From assembly GCA_963663805.2 (NCBI GenBank), contig CAXXMR010000027.1:64001-128000 (forward strand): DNA of 64,000 nt. The letters are read 5' to 3'. Below are positions 19,490-30,090 of this stretch, in pieces. A model generated the notes under the pieces. The model did no database searches. It saw only the letters and a list, made by a program, of their open reading frames with translations, and had not been told where the DNA came from. How positions within the stretch are numbered: the first letter of the stretch is position 1; each line of letters begins with the position of its first letter. A program made the position numbers and the translations under genes. Source of the stretch: Sedimentisphaerales bacterium (GTDB lineage: Bacteria; Planctomycetota; Phycisphaerae; Sedimentisphaerales; SM23-30).

Positions 19490-20540
19490 ATGGAAATTTC
19501 CGACCTCAGCCAAAGTTTAGGTGCCCTGGCTTACTGATACCGGTCCAATGAACGATGTTGTACTGTCATCAAGGATCCGGTTGGCTCGTAATATTCGCGG
19601 TTTTCTCTTCTTCGCTCAATCTGACCCGGAGGAGCAAGCGGAACTGCTTTCGTTTGTTTATGAGAAACTTCGCAAAACCGAGCTGGCTCAAAGCCTTTTC
19701 TTTTTCAACATGGACGACCTGTCGCCGATGGAAAGGCAAATGCTACTGGAACGTCATTTGATTTCCAGACAACTGGCGCGTGGTGACGGTGTTCGCGGGG
19801 TGGCGCTTGCGCCGGATGAGTCGCTGGCATTGATGATAAACGAAGAGGACCATCTCCCGCATCCAAAGCCTGAGCAGCGGTTTACAGTTACATGAGGCCT
19901 ATGAGCGTATTAACCGGGTCGATGATATTCTGGAAGAAGCGTTGGAATATGCTTTCTTCCAGTAAATACGGGTATCTTACGGCCTGTCCGACCAATGTGG
20001 GGACGGGCATTCGCGTGTCGGTTATGCTGCATCTGCCGGCATTGAAGATGGCTAATCAGATTGAGAAGGTTTTTCAGGCGGCTCGCGATATGAAGCTGGC
20101 GATTCGGGGTCTTTAACGGCGAAGGCTCGGAACCGGTGGGTGATTTTTATCAGATTTCCAATCAGATTACCCTGGGCAAATCGGAACATGAGATAATTGA
20201 GGAACTGGCACGGGAAGCGGTCGAACCCATTGTCAAATACGAACGGGCGGCACGTAAAAAGCTCTGTAGTAAGCGGACCTCGGCACTGGACGACAAAATA
20301 TTCCGGGCGCTGGGTGTTTTGACCAATACGCGAATGATAAGCACGGAAGAAACGATGTATATGCTAAGCTATCTGCGGCTGGGGGCACATCTCAATCATA
20401 TAAAAACGCCGCTGGAGACCATCAACCGGCTGTTCCTGCAAACCAAGCCGGGACATCTGCAATATATCTGCCAGTCAGAGCTGGAAACCGAGCAAAGAGA
20501 CACCGCCCGGGCGGATTTCATTCGAGCGGCCTTGCAATAG
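19490..20540 (+). CDS. mcsB: protein arginine kinase McsB; four apparent +1 frameshifts, probably sequencing errors
   Basis: SSRIRLARN, MINEEDHLRIQ, GYLTACPTNVGTG, RGLYGEG and QISNQITLG reassemble into 348 aa after removing one base at each of ~19520, ~19857, ~19957, ~20115. Confidence 0.9.
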
Positions 20541-20768
20541 CATTTTTTGGTATTGTCCCAAAAGCTGGGCAAGCAAAATGCGTTTAGCGTTTATGGGCTG
20601 CCGGCAGGCCAACCGAGAAGGCCCCAGAGTTACCCAGGGCCTCCTGCCGTATAGCCGGAAACACGGCGCCCGAGTCGCCCGCCTGCGTTGGGCTATCCTC
20701 CGTGATTCCAAGGGGATAGTAACCTTTGGGACGATAACAGAAAATTTAAAATCTGCTGCTGCACATAA

Positions 20769-22928
20769 TCAATCTACAGGCACAAGCTCCATTGTTCTGC
20801 CCGCCACATTAACGTCAACCAGCTTAACCTTGATTTCCTGACCAATATGATAAGGACAGTTTTCCGCAAATCCGCCTGCCGCCTTCGCCGGAGATTTCTG
20901 CCGCCGCCCCCGATGCTTGACCTTGGACTTGCTCTGCTTCTGCAAGCGAATATCCTCTGCCCGAATAAGTCCTTCTTCCAGAAACTTCTCCAGTTGCACA
21001 AACATCCCAAAACCCGTAACCCCGGTAACGATCCCCAACATCTCCTGGCCCACCCGCTTTTTGAGCATCTGCAAAATTTTAACTTTACGCAGTTCCCGCT
21101 CAGCGTCTTCGGCATTGCGCTCCCGCCCACTGCAATGAGTACCCAGCTCTTCCAACTGCCCATAATCCGGAAAATCCTTCGCGGTATTTTTCGTCAGCCG
21201 CCCTTCCAGATACGCCTGAATAAGCCGATGCACCTGCAAATCTGGATACCGCCGAATCGGACTGGTAAAATGACAGTAATGACGACTAGCCAAAGCAAAA
21301 TGCCCCATCGGGGCCGGCGAATATTCCGCCCGCTGCATACTCTTGAGAATCGCCAGATTTATCACAAACGATTCCGGCTTGCCCGCCGCCGCGTTGAGCA
21401 GCTGCTGAATCCCCTTTCGGTCGATATTCTGCGGAATAACATAACCACAAAGTTTCACGATTCGCCCCGCCTCGCCCATCGCCAGCGAATCAGGCTCAGC
21501 GTGAATCCTCCGCAAAAACGGAACCTGCAAACCGTCCAGCAGCCGCCCGGCTGCCTCGTTCGCTTCCAGCATAAACATCTCGATTAGAGTATGCGAAAAA
21601 GTATTACTCTCAGGCCGGGCATCTACCACATGCCCTTTATCATCATAAATCAACTCAGCTTTGGGTATCTCCAAAGTCAGCATACCGTCATCAAGCCGCC
21701 GTTTCTGAATTATCCGCGCCAGCTCACCCATCTGCTTAATCATGCTGACAACTTTACCGCTGAACCCTTTGGTCTTACCCTCCAGAATCAAATCCGCTTC
21801 TTCATAAGTCAGCCGCTTCGTCGAACGTATCAGACTGTTAGCGAACCGACTGCCCAGCACCTCACCAGCCTTGCCCAGCGTAACATAAGCCGTCTTCACA
21901 AACCGGTCCTTACCCTCCTGAAGCGAACAAATGCCGTTACTCAGCAGTTCCGGCAGCATTGGAATAACATGACCCGGCAGATAAACACTCGTAGCTCTAT
22001 CCTTAGCCTCATCACCCAGATGAGTCCCTTCTTCCACAAAATTACTCACGTCAGCAATATGAACCCCCAGCACCCACGTACCGTCCTTGTTCTTTTCGAT
22101 ACTGATAGCGTCGTCAAAATCACGAGCGTCATGCGGGTCGATAGTTATAATCATCGTATCGCGAATATCCTCGCGACCATCAAGCTTTTTAACCTGCCCA
22201 TCAAAACCATCCACCACCCGCCGGGTATCTGCCAAAGCCGAGCGGCTGAATTTCTCCGAAAGATTAAACCGGCTCACAATAGCCTTTAGTTCAACCGAAG
22301 AAACACCACTCCGCCCAAACTTCTCGACCACCACTCCCGTACCGAACAATTCCGGCGTAGGATAGGTCAGAATCTCGACCTGAACCTTATCGCCCGCCTT
22401 GACATTTTTCGCTGAGGGGTCATCAATAGCGATTCGCTCGGTAACCGCTCGTCCGTCCGGCTGAACAAACCACTGCTGACCATCCCGAAAAGCATTGCCG
22501 ACCACGTGAGTCTGAGCCCGGCTGAGCACCTCCACAATCTGGCCGTAAAGCCGCCGTTCGCCTCCCTTTCGCCCGCGCTCTGAAACCCTTGCTACTACTT
22601 TATCACCGCTGATAGCGTCCAGCATGGCTTCGGGCGGAATAAAAAGATCCCCCTGAGCGGTAGGATTCTCAGGTCGAACAAAACCAAAACCCCGACTAGT
22701 CACCGATAGCGTACCGGTCACCCGCTTACTCATCTGCGGCAGCGTAAGTGCACTGCCGGCCCCAATTAATATCCGTCCGTCAGCGATAAGCTGTTTGATA
22801 GCCTGGGCAAACTGCTCATATTCGTTATCCGAAACTTTCAGAGCACGCGCAAAAGCTTGCTGCTTTAGGGGAGCGTAGTCATTTTTACTCAAAAGCCGCA
22901 TTATTCGATTTGTAAATCTATCTGGCAT
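20769..22928 (-). CDS. rnr: ribonuclease R
   Basis: GFGFV cold-shock domain, ITIDPHDARDFDDAIS, HFTSPIRRYPDL, C-terminal S1 domain. Confidence 0.95.
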   Translation of the reverse strand: MPDRFTNRIMRLLSKNDYAPLKQQAFARALKVSDNEYEQFAQAIKQLIADGRILIGAGSALTLPQMSKRVTGTLSVTSRGFGFVRPENPTAQGDLFIPPEAMLDAISGDKVVARVSERGRKGGERRLYGQIVEVLSRAQTHVVGNAFRDGQQWFVQPDGRAVTERIAIDDPSAKNVKAGDKVQVEILTYPTPELFGTGVVVEKFGRSGVSSVELKAIVSRFNLSEKFSRSALADTRRVVDGFDGQVKKLDGREDIRDTMIITIDPHDARDFDDAISIEKNKDGTWVLGVHIADVSNFVEEGTHLGDEAKDRATSVYLPGHVIPMLPELLSNGICSLQEGKDRFVKTAYVTLGKAGEVLGSRFANSLIRSTKRLTYEEADLILEGKTKGFSGKVVSMIKQMGELARIIQKRRLDDGMLTLEIPKAELIYDDKGHVVDARPESNTFSHTLIEMFMLEANEAAGRLLDGLQVPFLRRIHAEPDSLAMGEAGRIVKLCGYVIPQNIDRKGIQQLLNAAAGKPESFVINLAILKSMQRAEYSPAPMGHFALASRHYCHFTSPIRRYPDLQVHRLIQAYLEGRLTKNTAKDFPDYGQLEELGTHCSGRERNAEDAERELRKVKILQMLKKRVGQEMLGIVTGVTGFGMFVQLEKFLEEGLIRAEDIRLQKQSKSKVKHRGRRQKSPAKAAGGFAENCPYHIGQEIKVKLVDVNVAGRTMELVPVD

Positions 22929-23087
22929 AGCCGGTCATGATAACACAAGCAGTCAACAGGTACATCACTAAACCCCAAAAAAACGTCGTAAGTCTGGATT
23001 TTTTCGTATTTTTCGGCGTTTTTTTTGGGGGAAAAACGTGTTTTTTGGATTTTTTTGCGTTTTTTTGGATTTTTGGGAGAGTGGAAC

Positions 23088-23150
23088 TGTACTATATAAC
23101 CTTTTTTGGGTGATTTTTCTTGAAAAAGTACGATATAGTATAGTTTTGTA
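23088..23150 (+). repeat. 63-bp dispersed repeat, copy B, preceded by phased T-tracts
   Basis: Matches 17533..17594; bracketed by imperfect inverted repeats GTCGTAAGTCT (22985) and GGACTTACGGC (23158). Confidence 0.85.
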
Positions 23151-23210
23151 AAATTTTGGACTTACGGCATTTTTTTCTTGATCTAACCCAACCGATGTTT
23201 TATACATATG

Positions 23211-23230
23211 ATTAAAACAAATGTTTGAAT
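23211..23230. promoter_or_regulatory. candidate TetR autoregulatory operator
   Basis: Imperfect palindrome ATTAAAAC-AAAT-GTTTGAAT immediately upstream of the TetR gene. Confidence 0.55.
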
Positions 23231-23244
23231 TGTGAGTATTAAAT

Positions 23245-23901
23245 TTGGAAAATCATCATTGCCAACATAACGGCCCCTGCGAGAGACTCAAGCAAGCGGC
23301 GGAAAGACTTTTCTCCGAAAAGGGCTTCGACGCCACGACCACCCGGCAGATAACTCAGGCCGCCGGCTGCAACGTCGCCGCCGTAAACTATCATTTCGGC
23401 AGCAAGGAAAAGCTCTACCTGGAAATCTTCAAAGACCGACTTTCGGCCATGCGTAAAGCCCGCCTTGAAGCAATTTCGCTGGTTATGAACAGCTCTGAGC
23501 CCGCCCTCGAAAAACTCCTTAGCACCTTTGCCCATACGTTTTTAGAACCATTAATCCACCCTGAGACAGGTCGCGGGATACTGACTCTTATTCATCGGGA
23601 GATGCTCGACCAGCGTTTGCCCAAAGACCTTTTCTTCTGTGAAATGATTGGCCCCATGACTGAGGCTCTGGCCCAGTCTTTCATTTGCCTCTGCCCGTCG
23701 TTGACTACCGAGCAGTCAATGTGTTGTGTAACATCATATTTATCTCAGCTCCTGCACTTCGCCCATGTCAGACAGATGAACAACACTGAAAATACCCCTC
23801 ACTTCTTTCGCTCCGAAATTGACCATTACCTGAACCATATCACCAGATTTGTCGCCGCCGGCATCCGCAGCTATCAGGAAAGGCCCGCTGAAAATGGCTA
23901 A
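23245..23901 (+). CDS. TetR/AcrR-family regulator (CecR-like)
   Basis: AAERLFSEKGFDATTTRQITQAAGCNVAAVNYHFGSKEKLY HTH; TTG start. Confidence 0.93.
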   Translation: MENHHCQHNGPCERLKQAAERLFSEKGFDATTTRQITQAAGCNVAAVNYHFGSKEKLYLEIFKDRLSAMRKARLEAISLVMNSSEPALEKLLSTFAHTFLEPLIHPETGRGILTLIHREMLDQRLPKDLFFCEMIGPMTEALAQSFICLCPSLTTEQSMCCVTSYLSQLLHFAHVRQMNNTENTPHFFRSEIDHYLNHITRFVAAGIRSYQERPAENG

Positions 23902-25288
23902 AAATATTTTGATTACGTTTGCGTTCCTTTCTTTGACAACTTTTTATGGCTGTACTCATCAGGCGGGCCAGCCTCAGCCTCGCCTGGAAGTGCCCGCAGA
24001 ATTCACTCAAAGCGGCACTGAACCCCTGCCCGATAAATGGTGGCAGAGCCTGAACGACCCTCAGTTAAACGAGCTTATCGAGCAAGCCTTAAACGACAGC
24101 TTTACTCTGAAATCCGCCTGGGACCGTCTCAGTCAGGCTGAGTTAGCCGCCATCAAGACCGGCAGTTATATCCTGCCTGCCGCGACCTACTCAGCCGGTT
24201 ACGATCGCAGTCGTGTTGAAACCAACAGTACCACAACCTACCAAAGCGAATATTCCGCGGCCCTGGTGTTGTCTTACGAGCTGGACCTCTGGGGCAAAAT
24301 CCGCTCCGACCGCCAGGCGGCCCTTGAAGATGTCGAAGTGTCACGCAATTCCCTTTGCACTGCCGCGTTGACGTTAAGCTCCGCTATAGCCAAAACGTAT
24401 TTTCAACTGGCAGAAACTCAAGTTCAAAACCAAGTTTTGAACGCCCAGCTTAAAGCTAATCAGGACTATCTCCAAATCATCGAACTTCAGTTCTCTCAGG
24501 GTCTGGTCTGGGCCCCTGACATTCTCCGCCAGCGTCAGCTCATCGAATCGACCCAGGGTAAAATCATCCAGAACCATCAGCAGAACATCCTCCTCCAGCA
24601 CCAGTTGGCCATCCTCATCGGCCAACCGCCCGCATCTTACTGGAATGATACGGATTTTTTCCTGGCAGCACTCGGTTCATTGCCGGAAGTAACCCCTCCG
24701 TCCGTACTTCTCCAGCGTCGTCCCGATGTCCTCCAGGCCTTGCATAATGTCCGGGCCGCTGATTACCGGGCGGCTTCGGCTCTGGCTGACCGCTACCCTA
24801 CTATCTCTCTCTCGGCCTCGGGTCGAACTTCCGCCGAGCGTATCAGTGATCTTTTTGACGACTGGGCCGCCAATCTCGCCGCCGGTATCGCCGGGCCGCT
24901 ATTCGACGCGGGTCTGCGTGATGCCGAAGCCAAACGTCGTCAGGCCCTGCTGTCAGAAACCATTAACAATTATTCCCAAACCGTACTAACCGCTCTGGGA
25001 GAAGTTGAGGATGCGCTGACGCGCGAAAAATATCAGCGTGACTATCTCGTCAATCTCCATAAGCAGCTCGACTTGTCAAACCAAACTCTGGAACGCACCC
25101 GCGAACGTTATATAAGCGGCCAAACCGATTATCTCCGCGTCCTGGACGCGCTCATTTCCAGCCAGACTCTGCAATTAACCGAAGTTAGTGCCCGACGAGG
25201 CCTTATCGAAAACCGTATCGACCTCTGCAAATCACTGGCCGGGGCCTGGCAGATGAAAAAGCCAGACAAGCAAATCGCAAACTTTTAG
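23894..25288 (+). CDS. efflux outer-membrane factor lipoprotein (NodT/TolC family)
   Basis: Lipobox FYGC, WWQSLNDPQL, SYELDLWG, LQRRPDV, PLFDAG. Confidence 0.93.
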   Translation: MAKNILITFAFLSLTTFYGCTHQAGQPQPRLEVPAEFTQSGTEPLPDKWWQSLNDPQLNELIEQALNDSFTLKSAWDRLSQAELAAIKTGSYILPAATYSAGYDRSRVETNSTTTYQSEYSAALVLSYELDLWGKIRSDRQAALEDVEVSRNSLCTAALTLSSAIAKTYFQLAETQVQNQVLNAQLKANQDYLQIIELQFSQGLVWAPDILRQRQLIESTQGKIIQNHQQNILLQHQLAILIGQPPASYWNDTDFFLAALGSLPEVTPPSVLLQRRPDVLQALHNVRAADYRAASALADRYPTISLSASGRTSAERISDLFDDWAANLAAGIAGPLFDAGLRDAEAKRRQALLSETINNYSQTVLTALGEVEDALTREKYQRDYLVNLHKQLDLSNQTLERTRERYISGQTDYLRVLDALISSQTLQLTEVSARRGLIENRIDLCKSLAGAWQMKKPDKQIANF

Positions 25289-25324
25289 AATAACCCTTGT
25301 AAATGTTTTCGGAGCAAATTCCCT

Positions 25325-26533
25325 ATGAAAACCATGCTCAAGCTCATTATCGCTGCTGTAATCCTCGTTGGAGGGTTGCTTATCGCTCGCTATTACATCG
25401 ACACCAAACCTGAACCGCAGGCAAAAAAGCGTGGCAAAGATGCGACCATGGTAGAGGTTAAGGAACTCACCAAACAAAATCTCCCAGCCCGCGTTCAAGC
25501 GAACGGGACCGTCAAGCCCGCCCGGCAAATAACCGTTTCACCCGAAGTTACGGGGCGAATTACATTTATCAGCCCGGAAATTATTCCGGGCGGCCTTGTC
25601 AAAAAAGGTCAAACGCTGTTTACCATCGACCCGCGTGATTACCAGAGCATCCTTGAGCAGCGTAAAAGTACGCTGGCTACCGCTCAAAAAAACCTTAAAG
25701 TCGAACTGGGCAATCAGGAAGTGGCCCGCCGGGAATACGAACTGCTCGGTTCGTCGGTTACTGACTCCCAGAAAGCCCTGCTCTTGCGAGTCCCGCATTT
25801 GGAAAGTATCCGGGCGGAACTGGCCTCAGCTCAGGCCGCCCTGGATAAAGCCCTGCTGGATCTGGAACGCTGCACCGTTACCGCACCATTTAATGGTATC
25901 ATCGGTGAAAAATTTGTGGACGAAGGTGCCCGCGTAGCACCGGGCAGCTCCCTGATTACCCTGGTCGGGACCGACCAGTACTGGATAGAAGCCCTGGTTT
26001 TTGTTGACCAGCTTAAATGGCTGGAAATCCCCGAAAATCAGCAACAGAAAGGCTCGTCCGCTCAGGTGTTTTTTTCGGCTGGCTGGGGAGAAGATAAATC
26101 ACTGCCCGGCTATGTTCTGCGTGTCATTCCCGAACTGGAACAGTCTGGCCGGTTAGCCCGCATCCTGGTTGCCGTTGACGACCCTCTGGCACTATCGGAA
26201 CAATCACCTGCCGGTCAGCCGAAACTTCTGATAGACGCTTATGTCAGACTGGAGATTCAGGGACGAATTGTCGAGGATATTTATCCCATTCAGCGTGAAT
26301 ATATCCATGACGGTGATAAACTCTGGCTCATGGGCTCAGATAAAACCCTGCAATTCCACAAAATCAGCCCGTTGTTCAAAGACCGGGAGGTGGTTTATGT
26401 CAAGAATGGACTCAGCCCGGACCAGAAACTGATTACCACCAATCTTGCCGGCCCGGTCGAAGGGATGTCCTTGCGACTGGAAAACGACAACCCCGAAACC
26501 GCAACGGACAATTCTTCCCGGACTCAGCCCTGA
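25325..26533 (+). CDS. RND efflux periplasmic adaptor (membrane fusion protein)
   Basis: N-terminal anchor, EVTGRI, VKKGQTLFTIDP, APFNG. Confidence 0.92.
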   Translation: MKTMLKLIIAAVILVGGLLIARYYIDTKPEPQAKKRGKDATMVEVKELTKQNLPARVQANGTVKPARQITVSPEVTGRITFISPEIIPGGLVKKGQTLFTIDPRDYQSILEQRKSTLATAQKNLKVELGNQEVARREYELLGSSVTDSQKALLLRVPHLESIRAELASAQAALDKALLDLERCTVTAPFNGIIGEKFVDEGARVAPGSSLITLVGTDQYWIEALVFVDQLKWLEIPENQQQKGSSAQVFFSAGWGEDKSLPGYVLRVIPELEQSGRLARILVAVDDPLALSEQSPAGQPKLLIDAYVRLEIQGRIVEDIYPIQREYIHDGDKLWLMGSDKTLQFHKISPLFKDREVVYVKNGLSPDQKLITTNLAGPVEGMSLRLENDNPETATDNSSRTQP

Positions 26534-26589
26534 AGCGTTGTAAGCACAAACATATTTTTCGCACAATCAATCTGCGGAGTTAATTTTAT

Positions 26590-29500
26590 ATGACCATTAA
26601 AGACCCCAATAAAGGCCCCATCGCCTGGATGGTCCAAAATCACGTGACCCCGAATCTGCTGATGCTCACCTTACTGATTGGCGGGTTCTATTTTGCCTCA
26701 CAAATCAAACAGGAAGTCTTTCCTGATTTTGAAATGGATATGGTGCGAATTTCCGTGCCCTACCCCGGCTCCACCCCGGAAGATGTTGAACAGGGCATCA
26801 TTCTTGTAATCGAAGAAGCCATCCGCGGGCTCGAAGGTGTCAAGGAAACCACCGCTACGGCCTCTGAGGGAGTCGGCGTTGTAACCGCTGAACTGCTGGA
26901 AGGAGCTAATCAGCAGCGGGTCTATCAGGACATAAAGCAGGAAATCGACCGCATAGTAACTTTCCCTGACGACGCCGAAGAACCCGAAGTTTCTATGGTC
27001 GTCCGCCGCCGGGAAGTAATAAATTTAATTCTTTACGGCGATGTGACCGAATGGGTTCTGCGTGAAATGGCAGAGCGTGTCCGCGACAGCCTGCTGCAAA
27101 GTCCGGGCATAACCCAGGTCGAGTTGGAAGGCGCTCGCGATTACGAAATCATGGTCGAAATCAATCAGGACACCCTGCGAACTTACGGCCTGACTCTTGA
27201 TACCGTCGCCAAAAAAATTGCCGCAACCGCGATTGAACTTCCCGGCGGTACAGTCGAGACTTCCGGCGGCGACATTCTCCTGCGTATGACCGAACGACGC
27301 GACTGGGCCCGGCAGTATGCCCAGATGCCGATTATCGTTACGCCGGCCGGCTCTGTTATTCGACTCGGTGAGATTGCCGAAGTTCGTGATGATTTCAAGG
27401 ATGTTGACCGGGAAGCGTATTTTGATGATATGCGGTCTATCGGCATTGAGGTATATCGCATCGGTGACCAGACCCCCATCGGGGTGGCTGACGCAACCCT
27501 GACAGCCATGGGGGAAATCGAGAACACGCTACCGAAAGGAATCAACTGGACCGTTGGTCGTGACATGTCCGACATCTACCGCCAGCGTCTGGAACTGCTG
27601 CTGAAAAACGCGGCCATGGGGCTGGTGCTGGTGCTGATATTGCTTGGGCTGTTTCTGGAAATCAAACTGGCCTTCTGGGTCACCATGGGGATTCCCATCT
27701 CGTTCCTGGGCAGTTTTTTGTTTTTGCCCTCAATAAGCGTAACCATCAACATGATTTCCATGTTCGCTTTTATCGTAGCGCTGGGCATCGTGGTTGACGA
27801 CGCGATCGTGGTCGGCGAAAACATCTACGAATATCGCAATCGCGGTATGACCTATCGCCAGGCGGCAATCCAGGGCGCACGCGATGTAATGGTCCCGGTA
27901 GTGTTCAGCATTCTAACCAATATTGTCGCGTTTCTGCCTTTGATGTTCATTCCGGGCTTCATGGGTAAAATCTGGATAGTAATTCCCATGGTGGTAATTA
28001 CGGTATTTTCCATTTCGCTATTTGAGTGTCTGTTCATCCTGCCGGCGCATCTGGCCCCGGAAAGACAAAAGCCCGACAAAGCGGTTTTACACTTTGTTCA
28101 TACCCACCAGCAGCGGTTCAGCAAATCGTATGAAAGATTCATCCAAAACCGGTTCGGCCCGTTTCTGGATTTTTGTATTAAGTGGCGTACTCTGACTTTG
28201 GCGGCATCTTTTGCTATCTTGATAATCGTAATTGGTTATGTCCTGGGCGGTCGTATCGGCACAACCCTGATGCCGCGGGTGGAGTCGGATTATTCGGTGG
28301 TAACCGCGACGTTGCCGGTGGGCTCGCCTCTGGAGCACAGCCGGTCCGTCAGTAGACGGCTGACTCAGGCGGCATATCGGCTTATCGAGAAAAACGGCGG
28401 CGAAAAACTTTCCAAAGGGGTATTCACCGAAATCAACGAAAACACGGTTGAAGCCCGCATATATTTAACCGAACCAGATATTCGCCCTATCAGCACTGCA
28501 AAAATTACGGAATTGTGGCGGCAGGCAGTAGGCGAAATCGCGGGCTTGCAGATGCTTCGTTTTGAAGCCGACCGGGGCGGTCCCGGCGGCGGTGCGTCAC
28601 TGACAGTCGAACTCAGTCATCGCAATATCGATGTTCTGGACCGGGCCAGTGCTGACCTGGCGGAAATCCTGGCGGACTTCCCCAATGTCAAAGACCTCGA
28701 CGACGGCTATACCCCCGGCAAAGAACAAATCGCCTTCAAAATCACCCCGGAAGGTCAGGCCCTGGGACTGACTGTTGCTGACATTGCCCGGCAGGTACGT
28801 TATGCGTTTTATGGTGCCGAGGCCCTGCGTCAGCAGCGTGGAAGAAATGAGGTCCGCGTTCGCGTAATACTGCCCGAAAATCAGCGTAACAGTGAATACG
28901 ATTTGGAGCAGCTCTTGATTACCACCAGCCAGGGCAAATATGTCCCGCTGATGCAGGTTGCCGAGGTCGAACGCGGTCGGTCATACACTTCAATCGATCG
29001 CCGCAATGCCCGACGAACAGTTACCGTCACCGCAAACGCGACACCCGACGAGGAAGCCACGCTGATTCAAGAAAAACTCAGCGTCGACATCCTGCCCAGG
29101 ATGTCACAAAAATATCCGGGCCTGTCTTACGGCTTCGAAGGCCGTCAGGCTGATATGGCCGAAAGCATGGGCAGTCTGGTCAGCGGATTTATCATCGCGA
29201 TTCTAATGATTTATGTGCTGCTAGCAATTCCGTTCAAAAGCTATTTTCAACCCATGATTGTTATGATGGCAATACCATTCGGCATTGTCGGCGCGGTTCT
29301 GGGCCATGTCATCATGGGTTACGGCAGTTTGAGCATAATGAGTTTGATGGGTATTGTCGCGCTTTCCGGCGTTGTGGTCAACGACTCACTTGTCCTGATT
29401 AGCACTGCCAATGAAATGCGTAAGCAGAGTAATCTCAGTGCTTTCGAAGCGATTCATCAGGCGGGGATAAGGCGTTTTCGCCCTATCATGCTGACCACCC

Positions 29501-29688
29501 TGACAACTTTCGGGGGGCTGAGCCCTATGATAATGGAAACTTCCCGGCAGGCCCGGTTTATGATTCCCATGGCAATATCACTTGGATTCGGCATTCTGTT
29601 TGCTACAGGAATTACCCTGGTGGTTGTACCATGCTTGTATATGGTGATTGAAGACTGGGGCCGTGGATTACGTAAGTTATTAGATTAG
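26590..29688 (+). CDS. RND efflux permease (AcrB/AcrD/AcrF family)
   Basis: 1032 aa, GIVVDDAIVVGEN, RFRPIMLTTLTT, PMAISLGFG. Confidence 0.95.
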   Translation: MTIKDPNKGPIAWMVQNHVTPNLLMLTLLIGGFYFASQIKQEVFPDFEMDMVRISVPYPGSTPEDVEQGIILVIEEAIRGLEGVKETTATASEGVGVVTAELLEGANQQRVYQDIKQEIDRIVTFPDDAEEPEVSMVVRRREVINLILYGDVTEWVLREMAERVRDSLLQSPGITQVELEGARDYEIMVEINQDTLRTYGLTLDTVAKKIAATAIELPGGTVETSGGDILLRMTERRDWARQYAQMPIIVTPAGSVIRLGEIAEVRDDFKDVDREAYFDDMRSIGIEVYRIGDQTPIGVADATLTAMGEIENTLPKGINWTVGRDMSDIYRQRLELLLKNAAMGLVLVLILLGLFLEIKLAFWVTMGIPISFLGSFLFLPSISVTINMISMFAFIVALGIVVDDAIVVGENIYEYRNRGMTYRQAAIQGARDVMVPVVFSILTNIVAFLPLMFIPGFMGKIWIVIPMVVITVFSISLFECLFILPAHLAPERQKPDKAVLHFVHTHQQRFSKSYERFIQNRFGPFLDFCIKWRTLTLAASFAILIIVIGYVLGGRIGTTLMPRVESDYSVVTATLPVGSPLEHSRSVSRRLTQAAYRLIEKNGGEKLSKGVFTEINENTVEARIYLTEPDIRPISTAKITELWRQAVGEIAGLQMLRFEADRGGPGGGASLTVELSHRNIDVLDRASADLAEILADFPNVKDLDDGYTPGKEQIAFKITPEGQALGLTVADIARQVRYAFYGAEALRQQRGRNEVRVRVILPENQRNSEYDLEQLLITTSQGKYVPLMQVAEVERGRSYTSIDRRNARRTVTVTANATPDEEATLIQEKLSVDILPRMSQKYPGLSYGFEGRQADMAESMGSLVSGFIIAILMIYVLLAIPFKSYFQPMIVMMAIPFGIVGAVLGHVIMGYGSLSIMSLMGIVALSGVVVNDSLVLISTANEMRKQSNLSAFEAIHQAGIRRFRPIMLTTLTTFGGLSPMIMETSRQARFMIPMAISLGFGILFATGITLVVVPCLYMVIEDWGRGLRKLLD

Positions 29689-29698
29689 AGCATTTTAC

Positions 29699-29741
29699 AA
29701 AAGGCAAGGAGGTCTTCCTCTATCCGAAGACGACCTCCTTG
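29699..29741. terminator. stem-loop after the RND operon
   Basis: CAAGGAGGTC...GACCTCCTTG; short U-tract on the minus strand only. Confidence 0.55.
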
Positions 29742-30090
29742 AAGAGAGAAGAAGTTGCGATATTAATAGGCGCAGCGGATAAAAAAAGCCTCGATTACCA
29801 CTCCCGCGCTTTTGGCCGGTTGGTGCCAGCCCTCTCGCCCTCTCCCTTAAAAGGGGTTTTTGTCATATCCAAAAACCAACTCCACTCAATACCGCCCATT
29901 GTACGAAGTTGAAATCGCGGTGTCTATCGTGGTAATTACGGTATTTTTCAATTTTTTCAAAAAAACTGCGGTGCGTAAGTGCTTATTTTAGTCAGCCGAA
30001 AAGCGGGGGCATAAAGCTATTAATATCTGTCTGTTGCCGATTTGCATTCGGACCATTATAATGACGTTAGAATCTGATGAAAGGTGCTTG

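Noticed and set aside
19490..20540. Programmed ribosomal frameshifting or true pseudogene status for mcsB
   Set aside because: Four +1 events without slippery heptamers or stimulators, and the same error type hits essential genes; artefact is more likely.
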